Source: Eledone cirrhosa (taxonomy: Eukaryota). Taken from it: a stretch of 64,000 bases of DNA. The notes beneath the pieces were generated by a model. It was not told where the DNA came from. It made no database searches and saw only the letters and a program-made list of their open reading frames with translations. The stretch is taken from NCBI GenBank assembly GCA_964016885.1, contig OZ024740.1:390972001-391036000 (forward strand), given 5' to 3'. Below are positions 38,227 through 50,434 of the stretch, piece after piece. The translations under genes and the position numbers were made by a program. Every line of letters begins with the position of its first letter. Within the stretch, counting starts at the first letter, position 1.

Positions 38227-38649
38227 CTAAGATAGCAACAATTTATGATGGAAGATGTGTAGATAAATATGACAAGTTTAACATTTTCATGGCCATATTT
38301 TTAACGAAATACACTATTTCAATTAATTGAAGAATTTCCAGGAATTTACTAAAATTATTATTTCATTACTTAGATTGTAACTTAAATAGTTCTTGTATAA
38401 AATTATGTCGGAAGATATGAAATTTAAATAGGAATCCTATAAAATAAATGGTTTTGCTTCATAGAACCAGTGCTGGTTTTAGATTGGTTAATATCAAAAG
38501 TGTTGAAATAACCAAGAGTATTTTCAGAAGGTTTAATACCAAAAGGGCTAATTTAACAGTCATCCACAAATATTTACAATGATCACAATTAGCAACAATG
38601 ATTGGATTACATTCCAGATATTGACACAGACCGAGTTTCTATTCAGTTA

Positions 38650-38960
38650 TGTATACAACCAAGAAATACTAGTCAAAATAACACAGATACAATGTATACA
38701 ACCAAGAAATACTAGTCAACATAACACAGAGAGACACTGTGTATATAACAAAGATATACTAGTCAAAATAACACAGACACACTGTGTATATAACCAAGAT
38801 ATATTATTGAAAATAACACACAGACTACACTGTATATATAACCAAGATATACTAGTCAACAAAACACACAGACACACTATATAACCAAGATATACTAGTC
38901 AAAATACACAGACACACTGTGTATATAACCAAAATGTACTAGTCAATAATACAGACATAT
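38650..38960. repeat. ~44 bp minisatellite (tataaccaagatatactagtcaaaataacacagacacactgtg)
   Basis: About 7 copies. Confidence 0.85.
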
Positions 38961-39154
38961 ATCAGAGATGCTGATATTTTTAGACTGTGAATTGACCAAA
39001 ATACTAGTAGTAACTTTGCTATTGGAATCTTGGGCTCAATAAGGAATTTTGAGAATCCAGCTGAAGGCATTGTTACAATAAGGTAACTAAATTATATAGG
39101 TGTGTAACTGGGGGAGGGGGGGAACAAAGAGAGAAGGAGTGATATTTGTTTGCC

Positions 39155-39156
<2 letters not shown>

Positions 39157-39212
<56 letters not shown>
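39157..39212. repeat. (AG)n microsatellite
   Basis: Direct reading. Confidence 0.95.
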
Positions 39213-39216
<4 letters not shown>

Positions 39217-39494
39217 ATAAAGGGTGAAAGAGTGTACAAGGAGAACTAGACCCACACCATATGACACCATCTGACATCAGCTATCAAAATACAGAAATAA
39301 GGTATCAATACTTTAAAATGAAAATAGACTGACTTCCTGCACCAAAACAACCACCACCACCATCATCATCAAACTATTAATACCAACACTGCTACCACTA
39401 CCACCACATTATACAACATTCAGAATTATTAAGCTAGTTTTCAAGCTATTAACCCTTTCATTATAATATGTGGCATAATAAAAATTGTGGATCT

Positions 39495-39810
39495 AACACT
39501 AACACTTTACAGAATATGCTAAGTGCATTTTATTGTGGCACCAGCACTACCACTTTATAAAGTGTACAGGGTGAATTTTATTGCAAAAACAGTACTATCA
39601 TTTTACAGAGTCTACTGGGTGCATTTTATTGTGGCACCAGCAGCACAAGAGTTTGTCGTGCTCTAAGCAAACCTGAAGAGTTCTCTCTACCATATATTGT
39701 CATCGTTCAATCACTCAACCATTTTACAGAGTGTACTGAGTGTATTTTATCATGGCACCAACATTTGAGAGATTATGTCCTCAGCAGAGCAAAAGAGGTC
39801 CTCTCAGCCC
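39495..39810 (-). repeat. Array of the same ~47 bp SINE/RTE-tail-like unit as 11421
   Basis: ttttattgtggcaccagcact / ttacagagtgtactg repeated; similar copies at 44460-44730. Confidence 0.6.
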
Positions 39811-40487
39811 TACATTATATTTAATGTTATTATAATAATCACAGATATAATTTAAAAACATTAATGACATTAATGGTGATTTTAATTTTTAAGACCCCAT
39901 TATAATTTTATTTAATAACCTTTTGCCGATTATTTAAAATGATGCTCCATCCAAACCACAACAACCATTTAAATTCCAATACAAAACTATTTGGAAATGT
40001 TTATCCTCCTCCTCAACATCATTGTTACTGTTTAATGTCTATTTTCCATGCTTGTATGAGTTAAACATGTTACATTATAAGGCTGGGCAGGTCAGGTGAC
40101 TACATCTTGCTCACACATTAGAAATGCAGCCATGAAAGGGTTAATAATTACAGCATTGTCTGTTTGTTATTAAATTAAAATATTACGATAAAACTGTCAT
40201 TTTATAAGATGTTATCTGATTAAAATATATCAGACTTTTATTGGTTTATGATTTCTACATATTTTCCTGCATGTCTGAACCAGGTATTTGATTCACACAA
40301 ATAAATATCATGAAAAATATCTCTGCTTTAAATTTCATTTTTGTCTTCTAATTATGTAGTACTGATTAGCAAATCTGCATATTTTTCTTAGATGTCCCAT
40401 AATTTGCTACCTTATTAAATACACTTAATATAATTAAAACAATAATCAGTGAAATTTGAAACATTTGGTATATATAGATAAAGGATT

Positions 40488-41027
40488 GGCAGTGTGGTTA
40501 AGGAGTTCACTTCACAACCATGTGGTTTAGGGGTCAGCTACATGGTACCTTGGCTCTCTTTTACTATAGGAAGGGCTTTCAGCCATGGAGAGCTTGCCAA
40601 ACAAACAAACAAAGGTTAGGTAGGACCCTTCTGTCAAGGACATGACAGCCTCCCTAGTGTTGACAATCTACACAATAAATGCACCCAGTACACACTGTAA
40701 ATTGGTTGGTGATAAAAAGGGCATCCAGCCATAGAAAGCTTGCCAGACAAAGGGTCAGGAGGACCCTTCAGTCATGTCAAGGACATGACAACTACACGAT
40801 AAATGCACCCAGTACATGCTGTAAAGTGGATGGTGATAAAAAGGGCATCTAGCCATAGAGATCATGCCAAACAAAGTGTCAGAGGCATGACAACCTTCCT
40901 TGAACACTTGATGGAACACGAGACTGTATATAAAGACACAGATCCCTGACCTGCCTGGGAGATCAGTTGCTCTGGCTTTGTACTGACTTGGTCTGTATGG
41001 AGCCGTCCAAATGATGATGATGATGAA
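40488..41027 (+). mobile_element. SINE (tRNA-like head tgtggttaaggagttcac) with duplicated body unit and RTE-like (GAT)n tail
   Basis: Two copies of aaatgcacccagtaca..ctgtaaa..gggcatc.agccataga; gatgatgatgatga end. Confidence 0.6.
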
Positions 41028-42474
41028 ATATCCCAAGGAAATGGACACACACACACACTGTAATCAAATAAACACATACTGGCTGTCGTTTCAATACCAT
41101 TTTTGCAGCTTATTTCAAATTGATTTACATTAACCCATTTAATACCAACCTACCTGATATTACCCTTGGCTTTACAATACAAAACCATCCAATTTCAAGT
41201 GTATATATTCAAATGTAAGCTTTCAATCATTATTTCATGTAAGAACCTTTTGTTCTGTACTAAGCAAAGTAGTTCATTATTTTACTAAACTCCTCCAAAT
41301 TCTTGAATAGTTAAAAAAATAATTAAAATTAATTGAAACACAGACAACGTGGTCACAAACTAGATAACCCTTTTGATATCAATCCAGTCAAAATCAGCTC
41401 TAGTTGTATGAAACAAAGCCATTTTAAAGGGTTCCTATAAATTTAAATCTTCTGACATAATTTTGTATAAGAACCATATATTAAGTTACTATTTCAGTCA
41501 TGAAATAATCATTTTATTAATCCATTAGCATTTAACCTGTCTGTATCCGGCCAGAATTCTTTCACCCCTTTCTTTTCAACCTGGCTGCTCAATGTATTGT
41601 TCTCAAAATAAATAATATCAAAATTTCATAGCTTCGATATTATGTGAGGTAAAGCCTTTACTGTGAAAATACAATAGTAAATATAGAGTAATGTAAATTC
41701 TAAAATTCTTAATCAATTAATTAGAAATACAGTAAAAAAAAGAGTTAAAATACTTTCTAGTATTGTCTTCATTGAAATGGACTATTTCATTAGAAATACA
41801 CTCTCAAATAGGTTAATATACCTGTTAACACAGCATGTCTATCCACCTGTCACTTGTACTGCTGATATGCAGTATATAACTTCAATGTTTACTTATCTAA
41901 TACATTAATCTAGTTCTACACAAAGCCACACAACCCCACTCAATAAAACTGTACAATGAAAACAAATTATTCTGTAACTACTACTACTACTACAAACACG
42001 AGTCATTGTGACCTAAGTATTTTGATTCTTAACTCTTATGAGCTGGTCATTGGACTGTTATTGGTCATCTGAAAGGGACACATACTGACACAACAGTGTC
42101 ACAACATTAGAATCATTTTGATACCAAACCACTTGAAATTGACTGGTTCTACGATACAAAACTGTTTATTTAATTGAGTTTATATTTATCTAAAAGTCTT
42201 CAATCATAATTTTATGTAAGAACTTTTAAGTTATGCTCTAAACACCAGCTTCATAAAAATAAAGTTATATTACTAAATCCCTGAGTGAGGGTGGCATAAG
42301 TCTAGCAAGCTTCAGAGAACAAAGACCATTGTAGTTGTGGATAGAAGAAAGAAAAGTAAGAGACAGTACGTCTGTAGGCCAGAGGCACTGCCTGGACCAG
42401 GGATCGAACCAACAACCTTATGATTATAAGTCCACAGCCTAACCAATAGGCCATACACCATCACATGTAATCTA

Positions 42475-42896
42475 TTAACCCTTTAGCCTTTAAACCTGCC
42501 AGAATTCTCTCACCTCTTCCTGTTCAAACTTGCTGTAACTGGCCACTCACACCGTCATTAACCCTTTAGCATTCACATTATTTTATATATATACTATTAT
42601 ATTTTCATGGTAAAGGCTTTACCGCACATAATTATCTCACATAATATTGAATCTATGAAATTTTTAAAGTATTTATTTTGAGAACAATACCTTAACATCA
42701 GTTTGAGCGACCAGTTACAGCCAGTTTCAACAGAAAGAGGTAGAGAATTCTGGCCAGTTTGAACACTAAAGGGTTAAGGTATTGCTCTCAAAATAATTAA
42801 TATCAAAATCTCATAGATTCAATATTATGTAAGATAAAGCCTTTACTGCAAAAATACAATAGTATATATAGAGTAATGTAAATGCTAAAGGGTTGA
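42475..42896. mobile_element. piggyBac-like MITE (second family) with an inverted copy of itself inserted at its internal TTAA
   Basis: Outer ttaaCCCTTTAG (42475) ... CTAAAGGG (42892); inner 42562-42773 flanked by TTAA at 42558-61 and 42774-77; uninterrupted relative at ~41518-41705. Confidence 0.8.
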
Positions 42897-43086
42897 ATCT
42901 ATATTGCACCTACTGGATAACTACTAGAATTATTTCTCCCTTTAGCCTCACACCTCAAGTGAGTTGCTTCTGTTTATTCTTTATACCACCACCACCTCCA
43001 CTACCAGCAACACCATCACCACCACTAACCATGACCTTATGACCATAAGTCCAATGCCATAACCACAAGCACCTAACAACATTACA

Positions 43087-43320
43087 TACAAGGGTGGGCT
43101 GAAAAATTCATGCTTAACAACAATATATATATCATCATCATCATATATATATATCCATATGTGGTTTATGGCTGAGAGAAAAAAGTACACAATACCAAAG
43201 TAGAGTTTTAACAGTCATTTTATTAAAGCTAAATAGTGAGTCTTGTTACTCTGGTGTTTCACCTGTTTATCACAGGTGAAGCTCCAAAGTAACAAGACTC
43301 ACTATTTAGCCTTAATAAAA
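43087..43320. mobile_element. Mariner-like terminal remnant ending in a 103-nt foldback hairpin
   Basis: tacaagggtgggctgaaaaattca TIR-like motif; inverted arms 43218-43266 / 43272-43320. Confidence 0.55.
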
Positions 43321-43384
43321 ATTAATATATATATATATATATAAACAACATGTAGATATAGAGAGAGAGCCGCTATATTGAGAC

Positions 43385-43550
43385 ACAGAGAAGTTCACTG
43401 TATAAAGGTCCACTGTATAGATTGGCAGAGAGGCCCACTGTATAGAGAGATAGAGAGGCCCACTGTATAGAGAGATAGAGAGGTCCACTGTATAGAGAGA
43501 TAGAGAGGTCCACTGTATAGAGAGATAGAGAGGTCCACTGTATAGAAGCA
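43385..43550. repeat. 25 bp minisatellite (tccactgtatagagagatagagagg)
   Basis: About 6 copies. Confidence 0.9.
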
Positions 43551-44849
43551 TAAAGAGGTCTATTCTTTAGAGAAGCCTACTCTATTCAGGCATAGAGAGG
43601 TCTACTTTTTACAAATATAGAGATAGAATATTTTCTTGACTGTTGACACCAAATCCTCTGAAACTGTTTTTGGTTCTATAATACAAGACTTCCATCCTAA
43701 TTTTATGTAAGAACCTTGGTTAAGTTATGTTCCAGAGATCATTTTATTCATGAGAATGTTAGTTATATTACTATCCTCTCCAAATTCTTGATTATTCAAA
43801 ACATTTTTAAAACACATTGTGTGTTTCATTAAAAATATGGTAACAAAAGAGTTAATACATTTCTGGGGAATTTTCTTTCTTTTTTTTTTTCCTTCAGACA
43901 TTTGCAAAACAGCTGCCATTTGACATAGAAGCCATATTAAGTCTTCATGTGAAAGTAGAAAATGTTACAACAGAAATATGATCTTGTAAAAGTTGCCCCA
44001 CAAAATCCAACCAGATAAAATTACAGATTGCTCAACACACAATAGCTGGCATACATTACGAAGGCAAAGTAAAAATGGTTTCTATGGTTTATATTGTCAT
44101 TATCTTCTGATATTGGTCAGCCAATTACACAATTGTGCCTTTATTTGTTTTAAGTTAAATTAAATTACAGTTATTAGTAACCCTGTTGATACCAAACTAT
44201 CTGAAACTACCCCAATACAAAACATTGTTTTAAAGTGTTTATATTTAATTAAAAACTATCATAATTTTATGTAAGAAACTTTAGGTTATATTCAAAACAT
44301 TAGCTTGAAAATGAGAAAGTTATTTTACTAAATCCCCCCAAAATTCTTGGTTATTTTCAAATCATCATCATTTTACGTCCGCTTTCCATGTTGACATGGG
44401 TTAGACAGGTTGCAGAGATCACATCTGGTTCTTAAATTTCATATTTGGTGTGGTTACTATGGCTGGATGCCCTTACTAACATCAACCACTTGACAGGGAG
44501 TATTGAGTGTTTTGTTGTTTTTTTTGTTTGTTTTTTTGGCACCAACACTAATACATTTTATTGTGTCAATAGCACCATCAATTAACAGTTCACTGGATAT
44601 CGTGGCACCAGCACTGGAGAAGTTACAGGCTCAGACAGACTGAAGAGTCCTCTCTATGCTATATTGTCTCCATTTGATCGCTAACCATATTACAAAATGT
44701 ACTGGATGCATTCTATTATGGCACGAATGTTGTCTGTGTGCGTTCACAGAGTCCTTTAAATGGAGGAGAGGTTACTGAGTGTGTTTTAAACTGATTTGTA
44801 AATTATAGGCAGCACATTTCAATAGAAATATGGTAATAAAAAGGTTAAT

Positions 44850-45200
44850 GTCGCTTTGGCCACAAACCCAGGCATTCTTGGTCCCCCTCACTGCTGATTT
44901 CCTCCAGAAAATCAGAAAGACGATGACCCACTTGAGGAGTGAGTCCCATGATGTAGGGTGGTTGTTGCAGCAGGTATATCTGGCCATTCTCTATGGTAAC
45001 TCTTTTGTGTTTTTTCTGCTGGGCGCGGCTGAGGCACCACTGAGACTGGGGTGTAGTGACTGTCACTCTCCCTTTTTTTTTTACATTGCTTGATCTTTCT
45101 TTCTTTTTATTTATTTCAAATGATTTGGCTTCTTTGAACATGCCTTTATCTATAAATTATAGCCACTTGTAAATTGAATTGCACTATGTTGTGAGATTCA
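44850..45200 (+). mobile_element. Third CRE-like endonuclease C-terminal fragment + 3' UTR
   Basis: PLTADFLQKIRK..VGWLLQQVYLAILYGNSF, paralogous to 23890. Confidence 0.65.
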
Positions 45201-45469
45201 GTTATTAGATGTTTAATACTCCTTAACTCATTGCTACATTCTTTATTTCAGTAAAATTAAAATATTTTCAGTGATTGTTACAATAAAAAAAATGTACATG
45301 AAACCTTCCTAGAACCTGAATAACGAAATCTCTTTATCCAAATATGTTTATCTAAAAAAAAAAACAAATGAAGTGCGAGTTGGGGTCATTGACAATAAAT
45401 CTCAAATGAAAGAATTGAAAATATCTCATCTGACTTCAGGAGTCCATTTTGCATGTATATGTATGTCAT

Positions 45470-45501
<32 letters not shown>

Positions 45502-45505
<4 letters not shown>

Positions 45506-45850
45506 AGTAGCTACCTCTAACAAAAATACACCCCCTGTCCCACTACCCCCACACCACCCCTTTCAATGTAAAGTTATGTTGGTACCACAACATCCAGGCC
45601 GAAACAAATGAGGTCGTGTAGGTGTCACGACAAAAAAAACACAGTCCACACTGTAATGTGGCCGTGTAGGTAACACGGTAAAAACCTCCCAGTCCACACT
45701 AAACGTGGTTGGTGTTAAGAAGGGCATCCAGCCGTAGAAAACCCGCCAGACAGTCCTATACGAGTCAACCAATCTTGCCTCAAGTGGGAAAATTCCCGTC
45801 CAAACCCATGCAAGCGTGGAATATGGACGTTAAACGATGATGATGATGAT
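45502..45850 (+). mobile_element. Stand-alone RTE 3' UTR copy with a single ~112 bp unit, preceded by (TA)n
   Basis: Homologous to 3379-3867 but lacking the duplication. Confidence 0.9.
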
Positions 45851-46019
45851 ATTGTGTGAGTGTGTATATATATTTCAAAATTTTATATATGCCTTTCATT
45901 ACCATATTTCAAATGAAATTCACAGTACTTTGGTACCAACCCACCTGAAACCACCCCCGATTCTATTGTTGCCTATCAACAATAATGGTTTCTTAATTTG
46001 TCAAGCAGATTAAAGTGTT

Positions 46020-46561
46020 TTAACCCTTCCATTACCATATTTTTAATGAAACACGCTGCTTATAAGCTTCTAATCACTTTCATAATCAAGAATTTGAAGG
46101 AAATTGGTAATATAACTAACTTTATTATATAGCTGGTGTTTGGAGCATAACTTACTACATAACATTATGGTGGAAGGTTTTTAGATAAATATAAAGACTT
46201 TAAAGTAAACAGCTTTGCATTATAGAACCAGGTGGTTTAGTATCAAAAGAGATTAAGAACATAGAACCTATTTCTCTTTAAAGGGATGTATATTAATGAT
46301 GGGAGCAATACAGTTCAAATTGTACTTAACCCTTTACCATATTTCTAGTGAAAGACATGATAATTTTGAAAATAATCAAAAAGTTGAAGGAATTTAGTAT
46401 TATAACTAAGTTTCTTGTCATTAAGCTGGTGTTTGGAACATAGCTTAATAAAGGTTCTTACATAAAATTATGATGGAAATTTTTTTAATAAATATAAACA
46501 CTTCAGTTTTGTATTATAGAACCGAAAGTGGCTTCTAGTTGTTTGGTATCTAAAGGGTTAA
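46020..46561 (-). mobile_element. Two adjacent TTAA MITE copies (46020-46256 and 46326-46561)
   Basis: ttaaccctt starts; the second ends aaagggttaa; shared internal sequence. Confidence 0.8.
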
Positions 46562-47104
46562 ATATCTTTCCAAACACATCATTATATATTTTCATATTTG
46601 ATAGGGTTACACTAAAGTGAGATTTAAGACAGGCAAGTGACCTGTTAAAGTAACTGCATAAATTGGGCAAAACTCTGGAGTTTATCCTATATTTATGGTT
46701 ATTAATCAAAAGCATACACCCCACTATGCCCTGGACAGGATGCCAGTCCATTGCAAGGCTAACCCCTAGCTGCCACTGGTACTCGTCAGCTGAGTGAACT
46801 AAAACACAAAAAATGCCTTGCACAAGGACAAAAGTTAATTGTCAATTTGGTATAAAAAGAGTTAATCATAAATACTTTTATAGATGCCTGGCTTCTCATT
46901 GATTTGTTGGTTTTTTTTTGGGGGGGGGGGGATAGGTTGATGGTTGAATTTTAATACGAAAGGGGGGAGGGTTAAAGCAAATATAATTAGTTCAACTTCA
47001 ATCAAAATTATTTAAAATCATATTTATTAATTGTCATTTAATTAGAATGGGGTCACTTATGAACTTTTATAGAAGTTTCTAAAAACTGAGATAAAGTATG
47101 ATTG

Positions 47105-47174
47105 GCAATAACATTAACAACAATTATGATAACACTAACAACATCACCACCACCAACAACAACAACAACAACAA

Positions 47175-47229
<55 letters not shown>

Positions 47230-47295
47230 GACAAAACCAAACCATCAATGATGACAAGAACACTGACAACAACAACAACAACAACAACGACGACA
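47105..47295. repeat. (AAC)/(AACGAC) compound microsatellite
   Basis: Direct reading. Confidence 0.9.
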
Positions 47296-47638
47296 TTTGT
47301 GTCTGAGGATCAGTGAAGACATTTAGGAATCATTTAGATATTTTCCATTTCATAAATAACAAAAAATATTGAATTATTTTATTTTATCTTTATATATTTT
47401 CATTCCTGTTTTCTAATCTATCGAACTGGCTAACATGAATTGTGGTTGGCTATAAAAGGTTACTGAATAAATATCTAGAAATGGATTTGTAGAGCTAAAA
47501 TTAGTAACAATGTTAAACAACATAGGTGTAGAGCATTGAGGTTAGGAAGTTCATTTCCCAACCACATGATCTTGGGTTTAGTCAGTGAGTGATACCTTGG
47601 AAAAGTGTTGTCTACTATAGCCTCAGGTTGACTGATAA

Positions 47639-49045
47639 CACTGGTCAACAATCAAAATGCTTCTAAGATCAGAGTAACAACTTCCAACTAATTTTAGCTT
47701 GCCGATAATGAATATTGCAGTTAAAACTGTTTGTTAGCTCTACTTTTCACGATACACATACGTGTTACAGAAGCTTGCGACAGTGTGTTTCTTACCACAC
47801 ACAGTCCCACTGCTCTTCCATTGTTCCAACAGTCATAGGAGGTGGTTGAGCTGTGCAAGTTTATATATTGAGGTGAAAAGTAGGTGATTTTCCTAGTCAA
47901 ACACCTTTTAAACTTATAATAAATATTCATTGAGCAAGCTATTGATATGCATGTGAAGCATTTTATATTAATTTTATTTTCCTACTGAATGATATAATTT
48001 TGATGAAGCCTACTCTTCTAGACCACGTCTCATAACACAAGCAAAACTCCATGACCTTGTCAGGGATTTATAACTATCTAAAAATAAGGCAGATCTGCTA
48101 AGCTCTCGTCTTCAACAGTTGAATCTCCTAGCAGCTGATGTGAAGATTTCAAAATGTTGTGACTGTCAGCAGCAGTCCAGTAATTGCTTCATAATGGAAG
48201 GTGATTTATTGGCCTGCAACAATGTTAATGATCTGATGGAAGCACTTGGTATTGAATATGAACCCAGCCACTGGAGGCTATTCATAGATACATCAAAAAC
48301 TAGTCTGAAAGGTGTCTTGTAGCATAATGGCAATAGTGAACCATCATTTTCTGTGAGCTATGCATCACATGTGAAAGAAACTCATGAGAATATAAAGTAT
48401 ATATTGCAATGTATAAAATATGATGAACATCAATGGCAGCTCTGTGGTGACTTAAAGGTTGTGGCTCATGTGATGGGCTTGTAGGGTGGATACATCAAAT
48501 ACTGCTGCTTTCTGTGTGTATGTGGCAGTCGTGCAAGAGGTTCCCACTGTATCAGGAGACTGGCCACCTCGTCAATCGTTGGAGCCTGGGATGAAAAATG
48601 TTCAACATCCACCTCTCACTGAACCAAACAAAATATTGCTACCACCACTACACATAAAACTGGGGCTCATGAAAAACTTTAGGGATTCAATTTTTTAACA
48701 TCAAAATTCAAATCAGTGAGCAACGTTAAGATAAAAGAGGGAGTCTTCATTGGTCCTCAGATTCGAGAGCTTAAGGATGGTGACTTTAAATCAGCCCTTC
48801 ATAGGGAGGAGAAAGCTGTTTGGGAAGCATTAAAGTTAGTGGCAAAGGGATTTCTCAGAAACAGAAGGGAAGAAAACAATGAAGAATTGCTGAAAAACCT
48901 CATCAAAGCTTACAAGAATATGAAGATGTAACACGTTACTTAAAATCCACTTTTTGGACTCCCATTAAGACTTTTTTCCAGCGTAATGTGGGGCAGTTAG
49001 TGGTGAACATGGTGATAGGTTTCACCAAGATATTTCAGTGACATG
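47639..49045 (+). mobile_element. Decayed DNA transposon, probably Chapaev3 (CMC) type
   Basis: CACTG 5' terminus; WRLFIDTSKTSLKGVL, WQLCGDLKVV, KYCCFLC, ILLPPLHIKLGLMKNF, KIKEGVFIGPQIRE, KIHFLDSH, EHGDRFHQDI, with stops; superfamily assigned from recall. Confidence 0.7.
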
Positions 49046-49233
49046 ACGTGTGTCGTAGTGATAATGGTGGTTTGGACTTTTCAGTTGTGTCAAACGTGAC
49101 ACCTTCTCTAGTGCTGGGGCCACAATAAAATGTACTTGACAGAGCGTGGCAATGTTGTAACACCCCCAGTTCTTGTATTTTTCAGGTTTGGTACTTATTT
49201 TGAGAATCTCTTTTTTGTTGAATTGCTAAGTAA

Positions 49234-50434
49234 TCTATATATATAAAGCTGTGGTTGTCTGTCTGTCTATCGATTTTTGGCACACATCTCCTCTTAGAAT
49301 CTCTGACGGAATTGCACCGAAATTGCTATACTTGTACATTGAGCCCTAGCGAAGACATCGAAAAAAAAAATATTTCAAATTGACCCACCCTATGTGACGA
49401 AATCGAATCTAATGTATCGATTTTTGAGCGTAAGTGACGAATTATTTCCCTTTGTTCTGTTTACATTGAGTGTCTTAAAAAAATTACGCTGGCTTTCTCA
49501 GCGTTTAAAATGACATTAACACAATACACGAACAGTTGTCGAGCCAGCAAAATTTTGACCTGCAAAATTCATCTGTTCGAACACTAAGCTTCCGTTTTGC
49601 TTCATTTCCATTTAAAAGCCTTTTAAAACAATATTTTTACTTGAAAACAAGTCTATAAATTTCGTTAGGCGTGCAGACAGACAGTCGTGCAGACAGACTT
49701 TAAGCCAAAAAAGAAACTTAACATTGTAACTTTAACACAGCTACTGAGCGACCCCGAGCAACGCCGGGCTTTACCAGTTCGAACACTAAGCTTCCGTTTT
49801 GCTTCATTTCCATTTAAAAGCATTTTAAAACAATATTTTTACTTGAAAACAAGTCTATTTAAAGACTACGTAAAACAAGCAAATATTTCGTCGTTAGGCG
49901 TGCAGACAGACAGTCGTGCAGACAGACAGTCGTGCAGACAGACAGTCGTGCAGAGAGGTGATATACGCGTGCAGACAGACAGTCGTGCAGAGAGGTGATA
50001 TAGGCGTGCAGACAGACAGTCGTGCAGGGAGGTGATATAGGCGTGCAGACAGACAGTCGTGCAGAGAGGTGATATAGGCGTGCAGACAGACAGTCGTGCA
50101 GAGAGGTGATATAGGCGTGCAGACAGACATAACTGATAATTTGGTTACGCTAATGTTTTTCTCTGCGTTGCAGTGTTTACATTTTCGATCTTTGTTTATA
50201 AATAACCAGTGCAGTTTCTATCCCCAGCATCCTCTTTTGTTATAACATTCGGGTTATCGTCATGTTTTCTTAACTTCATAAGGCATATTGTTGGTTGAGG
50301 GAATATTAATCAAAAACACCACATGCAAGTCTGCACAGTAGACACTACAGTTTTTAAGCCAAGAAAGAAACTTAACATTGTAACTTTAACACAGCTACTG
50401 AGCGACCCCGAGCAACGCCGGGCTTTACTGCTAG
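49234..50434 (+). mobile_element. Non-autonomous Helitron inserted into a SINE
   Basis: A|TCtatatatataaagc 5' end; 3' GC hairpin cccgagcaacgccggg then CTAG|T; no TSD; internal duplication and a 37-bp minisatellite at 49897-50128. Confidence 0.85.

Noticed and set aside
38650-38960. Regularly spaced repeats resembling a CRISPR array (also 16295, 43385, 57720)
   Set aside because: Head-to-tail units with no unique spacers, no cas genes and a eukaryotic context.
47098-47316. Poly-N/D/T ORF
   Set aside because: Translation of a trinucleotide/hexanucleotide microsatellite.
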